Counted from the first letter of the stretch, positions 1-14,178 are shown. The stretch: DNA of 64,000 nt from Candidatus Limnocylindrales bacterium (GCA_038328755.1 JBBQMH010000005.1:88-64087), one strand, 5' to 3'. A program made the numbers and translations. The notes: generated by a model not told the origin, from the letters alone.

Positions 1-1752
<1,752 letters not shown>

Positions 1753-1755
1753 GGA

Positions 1756-3678
<1,923 letters not shown>

Positions 3679-3742
3679 CAGTTCTCCGTAAGTTCGGGCG
3701 ACGTCGGCCCGGTGGTGCCCCGCCGGGGCGGGGTGGTTGGGC

Positions 3743-4288
3743 CTAGCGCGTGTCCGCCACGAGTCGCTCGCGGAGCCGCTCGAGGCGGCCCCGGACGCTC
3801 GCGTCGAGCAGCTGATCGCCGACCTTGACCGTGAGACCGCCCATGAGCGAGGCGTCGACCTCCGATGTGAGGGCGACGCCGGATCCCGTCATGGCCTCGA
3901 GTCGGGTGCGGATGGCTCCCGATTCAGTGGCGCTGAGGGGTGCGGCGCTCGTGACGACGGCCTCGACGATGCCGTTGCGACGATTGAGCAGGCGGGTGAA
4001 CTCCGCGGCAACCGCCGGGAGGTTCTCGAACCGGCCGCGCTTGGCGAGCAGCCGGGCGAGGTTGAGGACGCCGGGGGAGACGCGGCCCTTGAAGAGACCG
4101 GATACCGCTGCCGACCGGTCGTCGTACGGGACCGCAGGGTTGTCGGCCATTCGGGCGACCGACTGGTCGGCGGCGACGCCGGCGACGAGGGCGAGACCAT
4201 CCGTCCAGGCCTCGAACGCGTCGTCACGCTCGGCCAACTCGAAGGCTGCCTCGGCGTAGCGGCGCGTGGCGATGGACGGTCGACCCAT
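3743..4288 (-). CDS. atpH: ATP synthase delta (OSCP) subunit
   Basis: 181 aa, positioned between atpF and atpA. Its start overlaps the atpF stop. Length and composition are OSCP-like. Confidence 0.85.
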   Translation of the reverse strand: MGRPSIATRRYAEAAFELAERDDAFEAWTDGLALVAGVAADQSVARMADNPAVPYDDRSAAVSGLFKGRVSPGVLNLARLLAKRGRFENLPAVAAEFTRLLNRRNGIVEAVVTSAAPLSATESGAIRTRLEAMTGSGVALTSEVDASLMGGLTVKVGDQLLDASVRGRLERLRERLVADTR

Positions 4289-4851
4289 CAGTTCCTCGCG
4301 TCCCCGGCAGGGCTGGCGAGGAACTCCTCGACGAGGCGGTGCTGACGCGCGCCGGTCATGGTCTCGCCGACGAGCTTGCCGGCTGCGGCAAGCGCCAGGT
4401 CAGCCACCTCGGACCGAAGGTCCGCGAGGGCACGCTGCTTCTCCGCTTCGATCTCCGTCGTGGCACGGGAGCGCAGGCGCTCCAGCTCCTCGCGGGTCGC
4501 GGCGATATCCGCGTCCCGGGTCTCCTGGGCCACCTTCTGGGCGCGGGCCAGGATCTCGTTCGCTTCGCGACGGGCTTCGGCAAGGGCGGCACGCCGCTCC
4601 TCCTCCGCGCTCTCGCGATCGCGACGAGCCTGCTCAGCGTCCTTGAGGCCCCGCTCGATCCGGTCCTTGCGACTCGACAGCATGCCGCTGATCGGCTTGA
4701 AGGCGAAGACCCAGATGACGAACAGGAAGAACAGGAAGTTGACGGCCGAAACGATGATCCAGAAGCCGTTGATCACCAGGCCGGGGCCTTCCTCGGCCTG
4801 GAGGGCGGCGGCCCCCCCGGCGATGCCACCGGCGAAGGCGAACAGATCCAC
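4288..4851 (-). CDS. atpF: ATP synthase F0 subunit b
   Basis: 187 aa. One N-terminal TM segment (FWIIVSAVNFLFFLFVIWVFAF) is followed by a long charged helix (AEQARRDRESAEEERRAALAEARREANEIL). Confidence 0.87.
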   Translation of the reverse strand: MDLFAFAGGIAGGAAALQAEEGPGLVINGFWIIVSAVNFLFFLFVIWVFAFKPISGMLSSRKDRIERGLKDAEQARRDRESAEEERRAALAEARREANEILARAQKVAQETRDADIAATREELERLRSRATTEIEAEKQRALADLRSEVADLALAAAGKLVGETMTGARQHRLVEEFLASPAGDARN

Positions 4852-4876
4852 GGTCAGGGCTCCGGTTCTGCTGCGA

Positions 4877-5089
4877 CTACTTGATGAAGATCGTCAGGAT
4901 GCCGACGACGATCGCGAGGACGCCGAGGCCTTCGGCGAAGGCCGCCAGGACGATCGCGAGGCCACGGATCTGACCGGCCGCGTCGGGGTTCCGCCCGATC
5001 GCGCTGCTGGACATGCCGGCGAGGATGCCGATGCCGATGCCGGGTCCGAGAACGCCGAGGGCCGCCAGGCCCGCTCCGAGGTGTTCCAT
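4877..5089 (-). CDS. atpE: ATP synthase F0 subunit c
   Basis: 70 aa two-helix hairpin with a Gly-rich helix 1 (GPGIGIGILAG). The conserved carboxylate sits in AFAEGLG. Confidence 0.93.
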   Translation of the reverse strand: MEHLGAGLAALGVLGPGIGIGILAGMSSSAIGRNPDAAGQIRGLAIVLAAFAEGLGVLAIVVGILTIFIK

Positions 5090-5157
5090 GAACTTGTTCC
5101 TCCTTCATTCCGGGTCACGCCCGGAAGTCATTGTGACCAGATGGATGGGTTGTGGCG

Positions 5158-6132
5158 CTAGGGCTCCAGCGATGGGTTGGGGACCGGCGTGGCGAGGGCC
5201 ATCTCGTCCAGCTCCTTCAGATGCTCGTCCGAGTGGTGGGTTTCGATCGCTGCGAGCGTGAACATGAGGGTCAGAACGCTGAAAATCACGGCCTGGACGG
5301 CGTTGAGCAGGACCTCGAGGCCAATGAGTGCGACAGGGATGATCGCGACCGTCAGCGCGGTCATGACGCCGAGCGCCACTTCCCCGCCGAAGATGTTGCC
5401 GAAGAGTCGCATTGAGAGCGTCAGTGGCTTGACGAACTCGAGGAGGAGTTCGATCAGGCCGACGAACATTGCGATGAACCCGGCGCCGATCCCGTTGCGG
5501 AATTCGCCGATCGGCAGGAACTTTCCGAGATAGCCCCTCACGCCCAGCGCGCGGAAGCCCTGGTACTCGAAGAAGGTGAAGGCCACGAGTGCCAGCCCGA
5601 TCGTCACGTTCACGTCGCTCGTCGGGGCGCGCAGGATCTCGAGCTTCCCGACCGGCGGAATGAGCCCGCTCCAGTTCGAGAACAGGATGTACAGGAAGAA
5701 TGCCGCGAAGATCGGGATGAACCGGGCTGCTTCCTTGCCGCCGAGAGAGACACCGAAGTCGTGCAGGGATTCGTAGGCGAACTCGACGAGGTTCTGCGCT
5801 CGGCCAGGGATCTCCTTCATGCCGCGCGTTGCCAGGATCATCACGGTCAGTACGACCACGATCACGATCCACTGGGTCAGGATCGACGAGGTGATGGATG
5901 GGTGGAACTGGACGATGCCGGATGTCGCCACATCGGGCGCCAGGTCCCAGATGACGTGCGGCGCGGGCAGCTCGAGGTTGGCCGTGATCCCGTCCGACGG
6001 GAACGAGAAGGCATCACCCGACTGACCGCCCTTCGGGAAGGGCGGCATGAACACGGCAGCGAGGACATCGAGAATCACGACCGCCGCAAGGGCGATCAGG
6101 ACCTTCCTGCCGTTCGACATGGGGGCGGCCAT
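5158..6132 (-). CDS. atpB: ATP synthase F0 subunit a
   Basis: The ORF track extends to 6372, but its first 80 aa are Ser/Arg/Trp-rich and not membrane-like. The Met at 6132 (MAAPMSNGRKVLIALAAVV...) opens the TM-rich part. The essential-Arg motif LSMRLFGNIFGGE is present. The exact start is uncertain (6132 or 6120). Confidence 0.88.
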   Translation of the reverse strand: MAAPMSNGRKVLIALAAVVILDVLAAVFMPPFPKGGQSGDAFSFPSDGITANLELPAPHVIWDLAPDVATSGIVQFHPSITSSILTQWIVIVVVLTVMILATRGMKEIPGRAQNLVEFAYESLHDFGVSLGGKEAARFIPIFAAFFLYILFSNWSGLIPPVGKLEILRAPTSDVNVTIGLALVAFTFFEYQGFRALGVRGYLGKFLPIGEFRNGIGAGFIAMFVGLIELLLEFVKPLTLSMRLFGNIFGGEVALGVMTALTVAIIPVALIGLEVLLNAVQAVIFSVLTLMFTLAAIETHHSDEHLKELDEMALATPVPNPSLEP

Positions 6133-6226
6133 CGCGGCCGTCCGCTCGTTGGTCAACGCTCGCTCCACACACAGGAGCGCGGCATGCGCCGCGCTCGTCG
6201 AGTTTCGTTGTCGCGCACTCGCGCGC

Positions 6227-6457
6227 TCACGTTCGCTTGTCCATTGCCGCGAGAAACCGGCTGACGAGCAGCCAGACCGCCCGGGCCCCGATCCCCATTC
6301 CCACCAGCAACCCGACGAGGACGAAGACGGGGATTGTCCCCAGCCGCTGGTCGGCCCAGTACCCGATGCCAACGCCAGCCAGGGTTGTCACGAGCAGGAC
6401 GAACCCGATTTCCGAAAAGAGTGCGAGGTAGGCCACTCCGCGGCCCGGCTCGATCAT
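6227..6457 (-). CDS. AtpZ/AtpI-like small membrane protein of the ATP synthase operon
   Basis: Internal Met of ORF 6227..6673. The product MIEPGRGVAYLALFSEIGFVLLVTTLAGVGIGYWADQRLGTIPVFVLVGLLVGMGIGA has two TM helices. The GxWxD..LGT.P pattern is typical of the putative F0F1-ATPase subunit family. It lies directly upstream of atpB. Confidence 0.6.
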   Translation of the reverse strand: MIEPGRGVAYLALFSEIGFVLLVTTLAGVGIGYWADQRLGTIPVFVLVGLLVGMGIGARAVWLLVSRFLAAMDKRT

Positions 6458-6677
6458 CGGTGCCCTGGCAAAGCCGCCGGAGTATACCAGAGGGTCCCCG
6501 GAACCCGCCGCCTGGAAGTTGCGAAACGGTTGCGGCCGATGCCCGGCAGGAGGCGCCTCACTGGACCAACGTACGACAGCGTTGCGCCGCCGGCGGCGCC
6601 GATGCGCCCGGCAAGGTCCGCAGGGGAAAGCATGTCGCCGGGCTTCTCGGGGTTTCGCGGCAGGCCACGCCAATCTT

Positions 6678-7784
6678 TCACTGGGCCTCGTCGCCTTCGT
6701 AACTCTCAGGCTCGAGTGCTTCGCGCGGCCCGCGCGTCAGCAGGAACAGCACGACGCCGAAGGACACCAGCGCCCCGAGGAATGCGTAGACCTGCGTCGC
6801 CGTGGAGACGACGAGCGACAACGCTCCGAGCGCCACGCAGATCGCGTAGATCAGCAGGACCGTTCGCCGGTGGCTCAGGCCGAGATCCAGCAGGCGATGG
6901 TGGATGTGGCCACGATCGGGCGTGAACGGTGATCGGCCGCCGAGGAGCCTCCGGACGATGACCCAGAACGTGTCGATGATCGGAACCCCAAGCACCAGGA
7001 GCGCGACCACGACCTTTGTGGCCCCCAGCACGGACAGGATCGCCAGCGTGTAGCCCATGAACATCACTCCGGATGTGCCCTGGAAGATCGAGGCCGGCTG
7101 GAAGTTGAAGCGCAGGAACCCGAGCAGGCCGCCCGCCAGGACGGCGCACATGACGGCGACGTAGGGCTGATTGACGGCTGTCGTGAGGCTCAGGACGCCG
7201 AGCGTCACCGCGGCGATCAGCGCGATGCCCGTCGACAGTCCGTCCAGGCCGTCGATGAAATTCATGCTGTTGAGCATCCCGACGATCCAGACGAGCGTGA
7301 AGGCGATCGCGAACGGCGGCCAGAACACGATGAGATCCGGCCCGAACGGATTGCTCACGAAGACAACGCCGATTCCGAGCACCACGGCCACGACGGCGAG
7401 GCCGATCTGACCGAGGAACTGCCACCGGGCCCGCAGGTCGAAGACATCGTCGAGCGCTCCGATCAGCGCAGCCAGGGCGCCGCCTCCAAACAGGGCTCCG
7501 AGTTGCCCAGGGGTGATGCCCGTCGGTGCCGGCATGCTGGGCACGCTCTCGCGGAAGAGCGTCAGGCCGCCGCCGACCACGAGGAACGCGATCGCCACGG
7601 CAACGCCGCCGCCGCGCGGGATCGGGCTCGTGTTCACCCGCCGGTGATTCGGGGCATCCATGATCCCGCGCCGGCCAACACGCGTCCGGATCAGTGGCGT
7701 CAGGACCAGGGCCATGAGTGCGGCGCCGACGAACGCCCCGATCAGGATCGGCAGCGTGCCTGCAGCACTCGAAACGAAGGTCAT
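6678..7784 (-). CDS. wecA: Polyprenyl-phosphate N-acetylhexosamine-1-phosphate transferase (MraY/WecA family, GT4)
   Basis: 368 aa polytopic membrane protein with the motif [15 protein letters not shown]. It occupies the rfe/wecA position upstream of the atp operon, as in Actinobacteria and Firmicutes. Confidence 0.8.
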   Translation of the reverse strand: MTFVSSAAGTLPILIGAFVGAALMALVLTPLIRTRVGRRGIMDAPNHRRVNTSPIPRGGGVAVAIAFLVVGGGLTLFRESVPSMPAPTGITPGQLGALFGGGALAALIGALDDVFDLRARWQFLGQIGLAVVAVVLGIGVVFVSNPFGPDLIVFWPPFAIAFTLVWIVGMLNSMNFIDGLDGLSTGIALIAAVTLGVLSLTTAVNQPYVAVMCAVLAGGLLGFLRFNFQPASIFQGTSGVMFMGYTLAILSVLGATKVVVALLVLGVPIIDTFWVIVRRLLGGRSPFTPDRGHIHHRLLDLGLSHRRTVLLIYAICVALGALSLVVSTATQVYAFLGALVSFGVVLFLLTRGPREALEPESYEGDEAQ

Positions 7785-9115
7785 GCTACCTCGGCGGGCA
7801 ACCCGGGCACCGGGAACCGCGCGACCATCGAGGCGACCTCGGACGCCAGGGCGGCCGATGCCGCCGGGTCATCACGTCGGGCGATGGCGTCGGTGATGAA
7901 ACGGGCAATCGCTCGCATCTCGTCGGGTCCGAAGCCGCGGGTGGTGGTCGCCGGCGTACCGACCCGGATCCCGGATGCCGTGTTGGGTGGCAGCGGATCG
8001 AATGGGATGGCGTTCTTGTTGACGGTGATCCCGATCTCGTCAAGGAGGTGCTCGGCCTCCTTGCCGGTCACCCCGAGCGGGGTGACGTCCACCAGGGCCA
8101 GGTGATTGTCGGTCCCGCCCGAGACGACCCGGGCACCGCGCTCGGCCAGCGCTTCCACGAGGACCGCCGCGTTCTCGACGGTTCGAAGCTGATCGCGTCG
8201 GAAATCGTCCGTGGCTGCGAGCAACAGAGCCACGGCCTTGGCGGCGATGACATGCATGAGGGGACCGCCCTGGACGCCCGGGAAGACCGTCTTGTCCACC
8301 TGCGCGGCGAGGGTCGTCCTGACCATCGGAAAGTCGGCCGGATCGACCGACTCGGGCAGGTTGGTCCGGCTGAAGATGAGCCCGCCGCGCGGCCCGCGCA
8401 GCGTCTTGTGCGTCGTGGTGGTCACGAGGTCGGCGTGCGGAAAGGGGCTCGGATGGGCGCCCGCCGCCACGAGACCGGCGATGTGGGCCATATCCACGAA
8501 CAGGAGTGCGCCCACACCATGGGCGATCGCCGCCAGCCGCTCGAAGTCGAAGGTTCGCGGGTAGGCCGAGGCGCCCGCCACCAGGACGCGGGGTCGGACC
8601 TCCTTCGCCTGCGCCTCAAGGGCGTCGTAGTCGATCAGTCCCGTCGCCTCTTCGACCCCGTAGGCGTGGACTTCGTACAGACGGCCCGAGAAATTGACCG
8701 GAGAGCCGTGGGTGAGATGCCCGCCGTGGGCGAGGTTCATCCCGAGGAGTCGATCCCCCGGCCGCATGACGGCGAAGTAGGCGGCCATGTTAGCCTGGGC
8801 GCCCGAGTGCGGCTGAACGTTGACGTGTTCGGAGCCTGGGAAGAGCGCGAGGGCGCGCTGCTGGGCAAGGGTCTCGGCGATGTCGACGTACTCGCACCCA
8901 CCGTAGTACCGCTTCCCGGGCAGGCCCTCGGCGTACTTGTTGGTCAGCCACGAGCCCTGGGCCTCCATGACCGCGGCGAACGTGTAGTTCTCGCTGGCGA
9001 TCAACTCGATCTTGTCGTGCTGCCGGCGGCGCTCCTGGACCATCGCGGACCACAGTTCCGGATCCACGTCGGCGAGCGACGCCCACCCGAGCGCCTGGTC
9101 CGTGGTGAACGTCAT
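7781..9115 (-). CDS. glyA: Serine hydroxymethyltransferase
   Basis: [31 protein letters not shown] and the PLP-lysine motif [15 protein letters not shown] are present. The ORF track starts at 9163; I prefer the Met at 9115 (MTFTTDQ...), which follows GAAGGAGA. Confidence 0.95.
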   Translation of the reverse strand: MTFTTDQALGWASLADVDPELWSAMVQERRRQHDKIELIASENYTFAAVMEAQGSWLTNKYAEGLPGKRYYGGCEYVDIAETLAQQRALALFPGSEHVNVQPHSGAQANMAAYFAVMRPGDRLLGMNLAHGGHLTHGSPVNFSGRLYEVHAYGVEEATGLIDYDALEAQAKEVRPRVLVAGASAYPRTFDFERLAAIAHGVGALLFVDMAHIAGLVAAGAHPSPFPHADLVTTTTHKTLRGPRGGLIFSRTNLPESVDPADFPMVRTTLAAQVDKTVFPGVQGGPLMHVIAAKAVALLLAATDDFRRDQLRTVENAAVLVEALAERGARVVSGGTDNHLALVDVTPLGVTGKEAEHLLDEIGITVNKNAIPFDPLPPNTASGIRVGTPATTTRGFGPDEMRAIARFITDAIARRDDPAASAALASEVASMVARFPVPGLPAEVA

Positions 9116-9259
9116 CCTGATGGTCTCCTTCTCAGTCGCTCCGTGCGAGGTCTCTCGAGCCACCGAGCACCTGGCATCGGAGGCCGACCCAACTCATTCG
9201 TCCGGCAGTGTCCGTATCGTCCCACACTCACGGCGCGATCCAGCGCCACCCCCGGGGGG

Positions 9260-9982
9260 TTATTGGGCGGCGAGCGCGAGACGAATCCGGCGGCCCCCGA
9301 GCACGCCCTCACGGAGCACCGTCGGTGGATCCACGGTGCAATCGACGACGGTCGAGGCCACGGGGCCGGCGGTCCGGCCGCCATCGAGGATGAGATCGAT
9401 CGCGTCACCCAGGGTCGCCGCCACCGTCCTGGCATCGAGAGCGTCCGGACCGCCGCTCAGATTGGCCGAGGTGGTCGGCAGCGGCCCCAGGGCCGTGGCG
9501 AGCGTGCGGGGGCAGGGGTGATTCGGCAGCCGAACCCCGACGGTCGGCTCGAACTCGGGCGGCGACGGGCCAGACGCGGCGACGGGTGTGGCGGCAGACG
9601 CGGCATAGGCCGTGGCGAACGCGCCGCCGGCGGCGAGGGACGCACCGCCAGCGGCGCTCTCAACCACTCCCGCGCGTCGGACCAGCACCAGGGTCAGCGG
9701 ACCGGGCCAGAACGCCGCCGCAAGGCGCCGGGAGGCATCGTTCGCCACCCCGATGTCGAGCACGTGGTCCACGCTTCCGAGGAGCAGCGGGATCCCCTTG
9801 TCGGGCGGTCGTTGCTTCACCTGAAACAGTCGCTCAACGCCACCGGGTGTGGCCGGACTGACGGCGATGCCGTACACGGTGTCCGTCGGAAACGCCACGA
9901 TGCCACCAGCCCGGAGCACGCCAATCGCCTCGGCGCGGCCCGCATCGTCGTCGGGGAGGATCCTCGCCGTCATCAGGTCCAT
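9260..9982 (-). CDS. tsaC: L-threonylcarbamoyladenylate synthase (YrdC/Sua5 domain)
   Basis: AFPTDTVYGIAV and VKQRPPDKGIPLLL motifs. An Ala-rich insertion (SAAGGASLAAGGAFATAYAASAATPVAASG) is present. The gene is syntenic with prmC-prfA. Confidence 0.8.
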   Translation of the reverse strand: MDLMTARILPDDDAGRAEAIGVLRAGGIVAFPTDTVYGIAVSPATPGGVERLFQVKQRPPDKGIPLLLGSVDHVLDIGVANDASRRLAAAFWPGPLTLVLVRRAGVVESAAGGASLAAGGAFATAYAASAATPVAASGPSPPEFEPTVGVRLPNHPCPRTLATALGPLPTTSANLSGGPDALDARTVAATLGDAIDLILDGGRTAGPVASTVVDCTVDPPTVLREGVLGGRRIRLALAAQ

Positions 9983-10926
9983 CCCTCGTCCCCGGCGTAT
10001 TCGTCATCCAGACGCCGGATGGATGCTTCGGCGGCCAGCGTGACGGCCGCGGCGGCGGCCTCGCGCGGGCTGGCCAGGGCCAATCGCTCGATCATCTGGG
10101 CTGCACCCTCCTCGAACAGACTGGGTGCGATGTAGCGGGCCACCGCTCGAACGGCCCGCGGGGCCGACGGCATGGCGATCCCGTGGCCGGCGGCCGCCAG
10201 CATCTCGAAGTCGTTGAGTTGGTCGCCGATCGCGAGGACGGCTCCCATCGGGATCCCGGCCCGCCGCGCGAGCCAGCGAACCGCGGTGCCCTTGGAGACG
10301 CCCGGCGCCACGAACTCGAGGAAGCGCGGATGGGCCACGGTCGCGTCGGCCCGCCCCGCGAAGAACGACCGGGCCTCCGCGAGGAGGGACGAGGGCAGAC
10401 CGGGCGGCCCGACGGCGACGACCTTGGTAACCGGCCGCTGGATCCAGCCCGCGAGGTCCACGACCCGGGTGGCCCGTGCGCCGAGAAAGGCCGAATAGTC
10501 GTCCACCCGCGGATCGTCGGACCGGATCACGAGCCGCTCGAGATGGTTCAGGTGCGGGTCGAGCCCTCGCTCGCGGCTCCAGACCACCGCCTCCCGGGCG
10601 GCCGCAGGCTGCAGCGGCCGATGGCGAACCATGCGTCCGGCCACTCCCGGTCCCACCGGCATCTCGCGAATCAGGCCGCCCTGGTAGCCGATCACCGGCG
10701 CCGTCAGGCCGAGCGTCTGGGCAAACCGGATGGCGGACGAGGTCATCCGGCCCGTCACCAGCGACACCTCGATCCCATGCCGTACGGCGCGTCGAATCGC
10801 GCTCACCGTGCGATCAGGGAGCGCCAGGTCGTCGTCAACCAGCGTCCCATCGATGTCGAGGGCGATCAGGCGGACCGGGAGGATCGGCTCGACGCCGCGC
10901 GCGACGAAGGGGGGCGTCGGGCTCAC
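9973..10926 (-). CDS. HAD-IIB (Cof-type) phosphatase
   Basis: Contains the DIDGTLV nucleophile motif and GDQLNDFEM motif IV. Length 317 aa. Confidence 0.78.
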   Translation of the reverse strand: MSPTPPFVARGVEPILPVRLIALDIDGTLVDDDLALPDRTVSAIRRAVRHGIEVSLVTGRMTSSAIRFAQTLGLTAPVIGYQGGLIREMPVGPGVAGRMVRHRPLQPAAAREAVVWSRERGLDPHLNHLERLVIRSDDPRVDDYSAFLGARATRVVDLAGWIQRPVTKVVAVGPPGLPSSLLAEARSFFAGRADATVAHPRFLEFVAPGVSKGTAVRWLARRAGIPMGAVLAIGDQLNDFEMLAAAGHGIAMPSAPRAVRAVARYIAPSLFEEGAAQMIERLALASPREAAAAAVTLAAEASIRRLDDEYAGDEGWT

Positions 10927-11825
10927 TGCTCGATCCGCTCGATCCGCTCGATCCGAGCAACTCGCGGCAGGCCGGCCAGATCAGGCTCCACGGTGCACGA
11001 CCAGTGGCCGGGAAGGGCGTCCGCGAGGTCGACGATCCGGGGACCCTGGTCCGAACCGATCTCCAGCAGCGCCACCCCGCGCTCGAGGAGGACCTCCGGC
11101 AGGATCGCTACGAGGCGCCGGATCACCTCCAGTCCATCCGGCCCTCCATCGAGCGCGTGGCGCGGCTCGAACTGCGCCGGCAACGTGGCGAGGTCCTCGG
11201 TCGCGATGTACGGGAGATTCGCCAGAACCAGGTCGAACGGCAACTCCCAGTTCGGAATGAGATCCGCTTCCGCAAACCGCATCTGGTCCGCGACGGCGTG
11301 CCCCACGGCATTCTCCTTCGCGAGATCAAGGGCATCTGCGTCATCGTCGACGGCGAGGAGGTCCACCTCGCTGAGCATCCGGCGACGTCGGAGCCGGACG
11401 GCGAGGGCCACGGCAATGGCGCCACTCCCCGTCCCGACATCGACGATCCGGATCGGAGGCGCGTCCCGCGTTCGCGGGGCCGAAATCAGCCTCCGTGCAA
11501 TTTCGGTCTCGGCAAGCTCGACCATCCGCTCCGTCTCCGGGCGCGGAATCAGGGCGCGCTCATCGATCACGAAGGCAAGCCCAAGGAACTCGCGGACGCC
11601 GCGCAGGTAGGCGACAGGCTCGCCGGCCTCACGCCGCGTCAGCACTTCCGCAAATCGGGCTGCTGATCCGTCTCCGACGGGGGCCTCCGGGTGGGCCAGG
11701 ACGCCGGTGCGGTCGATGCCCAGGATGCTGGCCATCAGGACCTCGGCATCGAGCCGCGGCGTGTCCGCTCCGGCGACCCGAAGCCGATCAACGGCGTCCC
11801 GGAGCAGCTCCCCAACGGTCGCCAC
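10923..11825 (-). CDS. prmC: Release-factor glutamine N5-methyltransferase
   Basis: SAM-binding VDVGTGSGAIAVALA and substrate-binding NLPYI (NPPY-type) motifs. It lies immediately downstream of prfA. Confidence 0.9.
   Translation of the reverse strand: MATVGELLRDAVDRLRVAGADTPRLDAEVLMASILGIDRTGVLAHPEAPVGDGSAARFAEVLTRREAGEPVAYLRGVREFLGLAFVIDERALIPRPETERMVELAETEIARRLISAPRTRDAPPIRIVDVGTGSGAIAVALAVRLRRRRMLSEVDLLAVDDDADALDLAKENAVGHAVADQMRFAEADLIPNWELPFDLVLANLPYIATEDLATLPAQFEPRHALDGGPDGLEVIRRLVAILPEVLLERGVALLEIGSDQGPRIVDLADALPGHWSCTVEPDLAGLPRVARIERIERIEQ
10928..10954 (-). repeat. 3 x 9-bp perfect tandem repeat (gctcgatcc) at the prmC 3' end
   Basis: Read directly from the sequence. It encodes RIERIERIE at the PrmC C-terminus and abuts the start of the HAD gene. 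Confidence 0.9.
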
Positions 11826-11834
11826 GGCGGAAGG

Positions 11835-12935
11835 TCAGCTGGCCCCGGAGCCGTCGTCGACGAGCTCGGCAAGTCGCTCCGCCTGGTCCGTCGTGATCAG
11901 CACGTCGATCAGCTTGTCGAGGTCGCCATCCATGGTCCGCGGCAGGCCAGAGAAGTCGGTGTTGATCCGATGGTCGGTCAGACGATCCTGCGGGAAGTTG
12001 TAGGTTCGGACCTTGTCCGCTCGGTCCCCTGACCCGATCATCGAGCGCCGGGCCTCGGAATCCACTTCCCGCTGCCGGCGCCGCTCGAGGTCGACCAGGC
12101 GCGCGCGGAGGACCGCCATCGCCTTGGCCTTGTTCTTGTGCTGGCTTTTCTCGTCCTGGATCTCGACCACGAGTCCGGACGGGAGGTGCGTGATCCGAAC
12201 CGCAGAGTCCGTGGTGTTGACCGACTGGCCACCGGGTCCGGAGGACCGCTTGACGTCGATCCGGAGGTCCCGCTCCTCGTCAATGTGGATTTCCGTCTCC
12301 TCGACCTCGGGGAGGACGACCACGGTGGCCGTCGAGGTGTGGATCCGGCCGGACGATTCGGTTGCCGGGACCCGTTGGACACGATGTGTCCCACCCTCGA
12401 ACTTCATGCGCGAAAACGCCCCGTCGCCGGAAATCTGGACGATGGCCTCCTTGACGCCGCCGATGCCGGTTTCGTGGAGGCTCATCACCTCCGCTGCCCA
12501 GCGATGCCGCTCCGCGTAGCGGAGGTACATGCGCAGCAGCTCCGAGGCGAACAGCGCGGCCTCCTCGCCGCCGGCTCCGGCCCGGATCTCGAGGATGACG
12601 TTGCCGTCGTCGGCCGGATCGCGTGGCAGGAGGAGCAGTTTGAGCTCCTCGACCAGCCGCGTTTCGTCGGACTCCAGGCGATCGATCTCCTCGCGCGCCA
12701 TGGCCCGGAGCTCGTCGTCGGTCTCGCCATCTCGCACCTGGCGGGCTCCGTCAAGCTCGGTCCGGGTGTCGAGGAGGCGTCGATAGGCGGCCACCACGGG
12801 CTCGAGGCGGGAGAGCTCGCGACCCAGTCGTCGGATCTCATCGGGATCCGCCAGTGTTTCGGGCTGGCCGAGCTGCTGCTGAACGTCATCGAACTGCACG
12901 GCGACGTCGGCCAGCTTGGCGTCGAGCTCGCTCAT
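11835..12935 (-). CDS. prfA: Peptide chain release factor 1
   Basis: PAT anticodon tripeptide (RVQRVPATES) and GGQ motif (SGPGGQSVNTTDSAVRITHLPSG). Confidence 0.96.
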   Translation of the reverse strand: MSELDAKLADVAVQFDDVQQQLGQPETLADPDEIRRLGRELSRLEPVVAAYRRLLDTRTELDGARQVRDGETDDELRAMAREEIDRLESDETRLVEELKLLLLPRDPADDGNVILEIRAGAGGEEAALFASELLRMYLRYAERHRWAAEVMSLHETGIGGVKEAIVQISGDGAFSRMKFEGGTHRVQRVPATESSGRIHTSTATVVVLPEVEETEIHIDEERDLRIDVKRSSGPGGQSVNTTDSAVRITHLPSGLVVEIQDEKSQHKNKAKAMAVLRARLVDLERRRQREVDSEARRSMIGSGDRADKVRTYNFPQDRLTDHRINTDFSGLPRTMDGDLDKLIDVLITTDQAERLAELVDDGSGAS

Positions 12936-13873
12936 GCCGTCGAGGTGGCGGAGCTCAGCGAATCGAGCTGGCGGCGTTCGGGCTCATCGGAGCCTGGCGG
13001 AACCGACTCGCCATCGGCCTGGAGCGCCTGCTGCATGGACACGATGGCAACTTCGATCTGATCGTCCGATGGCTGCTTCGTGGTAATCATCTGGACCAGA
13101 ATCCCGGGCCACATGATGACCCGCACGATCGGGTTGCTCCGATGTCGGGCGCCCCAGCGCAGGACCTCGTAGCCGACCCCGGCGAGAACCGGGACGAGCA
13201 GGATGCGGCTCCCCACCATGACGAGCGGTTCCTGCCGACCGACCAGGGTGAAGGCAACGATCGACAAGGCGATCAGCACGACGAGGAATTCCGTGCCGCA
13301 TCGCGGGTGGGCCGTCGGGTAGCGACGCACGTTATCGGTCGTGAGGGGCAATCCGGCTTCGAGTGTATGGATCGTCATGTGCTCGGCGCCGTGGTACTGG
13401 AAGACGCGCCGGATGTCGGGGGCCCGCGAGATGAGCGCGAGGTACCCGAGGAAGATGCCGACCCGGACGAGCCCCTCCACGAGGTGCTGCACGAAACCCT
13501 GTTCGATCTTCGCCGTGGTGACGCTGGCAATCAGGAGCGGGAGCAGGAAGAAGACTCCGACGCCAAGGACGAGCGTCATACCGAGCATGAGGGCCACGGA
13601 ACCGCGACCCAGCTGCACGTCATCCTCGGATGCCTGGATGTTCGCGCTGCGGATCAGCCAGCGAGTTCCCACCACGAGCGTCTCGTAGAGGACCACCAGG
13701 CCCCGAACGAATGGGGCCGTCGCAAAGCGCCAGCCGTGCGGGCCTGTGTTCAGCGGTTCGGAGGCCCACACGATGTGGCCCTCGGGATGCCGAAACGCAA
13801 CCGCGATCGCACCGCGACCGCGCATGAGGACGCCCTCGATCAGGGCCTGACCGCCGTAACTGAAACGTGCCAT
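12932..13873 (-). CDS. DUF1385-family membrane protein (YqhQ-like)
   Basis: The N-terminus MARFSYGGQALIEGVLMRG and the YHGAEHMTIH motif are typical of DUF1385. The family is commonly linked to prfA/prmC. Confidence 0.75.
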   Translation of the reverse strand: MARFSYGGQALIEGVLMRGRGAIAVAFRHPEGHIVWASEPLNTGPHGWRFATAPFVRGLVVLYETLVVGTRWLIRSANIQASEDDVQLGRGSVALMLGMTLVLGVGVFFLLPLLIASVTTAKIEQGFVQHLVEGLVRVGIFLGYLALISRAPDIRRVFQYHGAEHMTIHTLEAGLPLTTDNVRRYPTAHPRCGTEFLVVLIALSIVAFTLVGRQEPLVMVGSRILLVPVLAGVGYEVLRWGARHRSNPIVRVIMWPGILVQMITTKQPSDDQIEVAIVSMQQALQADGESVPPGSDEPERRQLDSLSSATSTA

Positions 13874-13962
13874 GGGGGCAGTCTACCGGCGAGACCCCGG
13901 AATCACGGCGGCGGGCCTGTTTGGGCCCGCCGATCGGGTCTGTGGTGGTCGCGAGGGCGACG

Positions 13963-14178
13963 TCAGCCAGCGCGAACCTGGCGCTCGAGCCGCTTCTGGA
14001 AGCGCTCGACCTGGCCGGCCGTGTCGATGATGGTCTGCTTGCCCGTGAAGAACGGGTGGCAGTTGCCGCAGACATCGACGCGGAGCTCGGATCGCGTGGA
14101 ACCAACGGTCCAGTCGGTTCCGCAGGAACCACAATGAACGGCCGCCTGCTGGTACTTGGGATGAATATCGGGCTTCAC
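13963..14178 (-). CDS. rpmE: 50S ribosomal protein L31 (Zn-ribbon type)
   Basis: [48 protein letters not shown]. Confidence 0.94.
   Translation of the reverse strand: MKPDIHPKYQQAAVHCGSCGTDWTVGSTRSELRVDVCGNCHPFFTGKQTIIDTAGQVERFQKRLERQVRAG

Noticed and set aside
6133-6372. N-terminal extensions proposed by the ORF track. Examples: atpB to 6372, atpZ to 6673, glyA to 9163, rplU to 15412, mreD to 23015, vanW to 47487, jag to 48628, rnpA to 50332, dnaA from 50542, GT-C to 61376.
   Set aside because: The extra residues are low-complexity or Arg/Ser/Pro-rich, overlap neighbouring genes or RNAs, and precede Met/Val codons where the conserved family N-terminus begins.
9116-9259. 144-nt glyA leader considered as a ZTP (pfl) or other folate-related riboswitch
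   Set aside because: I could fold only short local hairpins, for example ACCCCCCGGGGGT after the tsaC stop and GGCGC-uggauc-GCGCC. I could not find the conserved ZTP cores (GACUGGCG, CCGCCUGGGC). An Infernal scan would settle it.
7718-10135. 805-aa plus-strand ORF antisense to glyA/tsaC/HAD
   Set aside because: Same artefact class: Arg/Gly/Asp-rich with no recognisable domains. The opposite strand carries clear GlyA and TsaC motifs.
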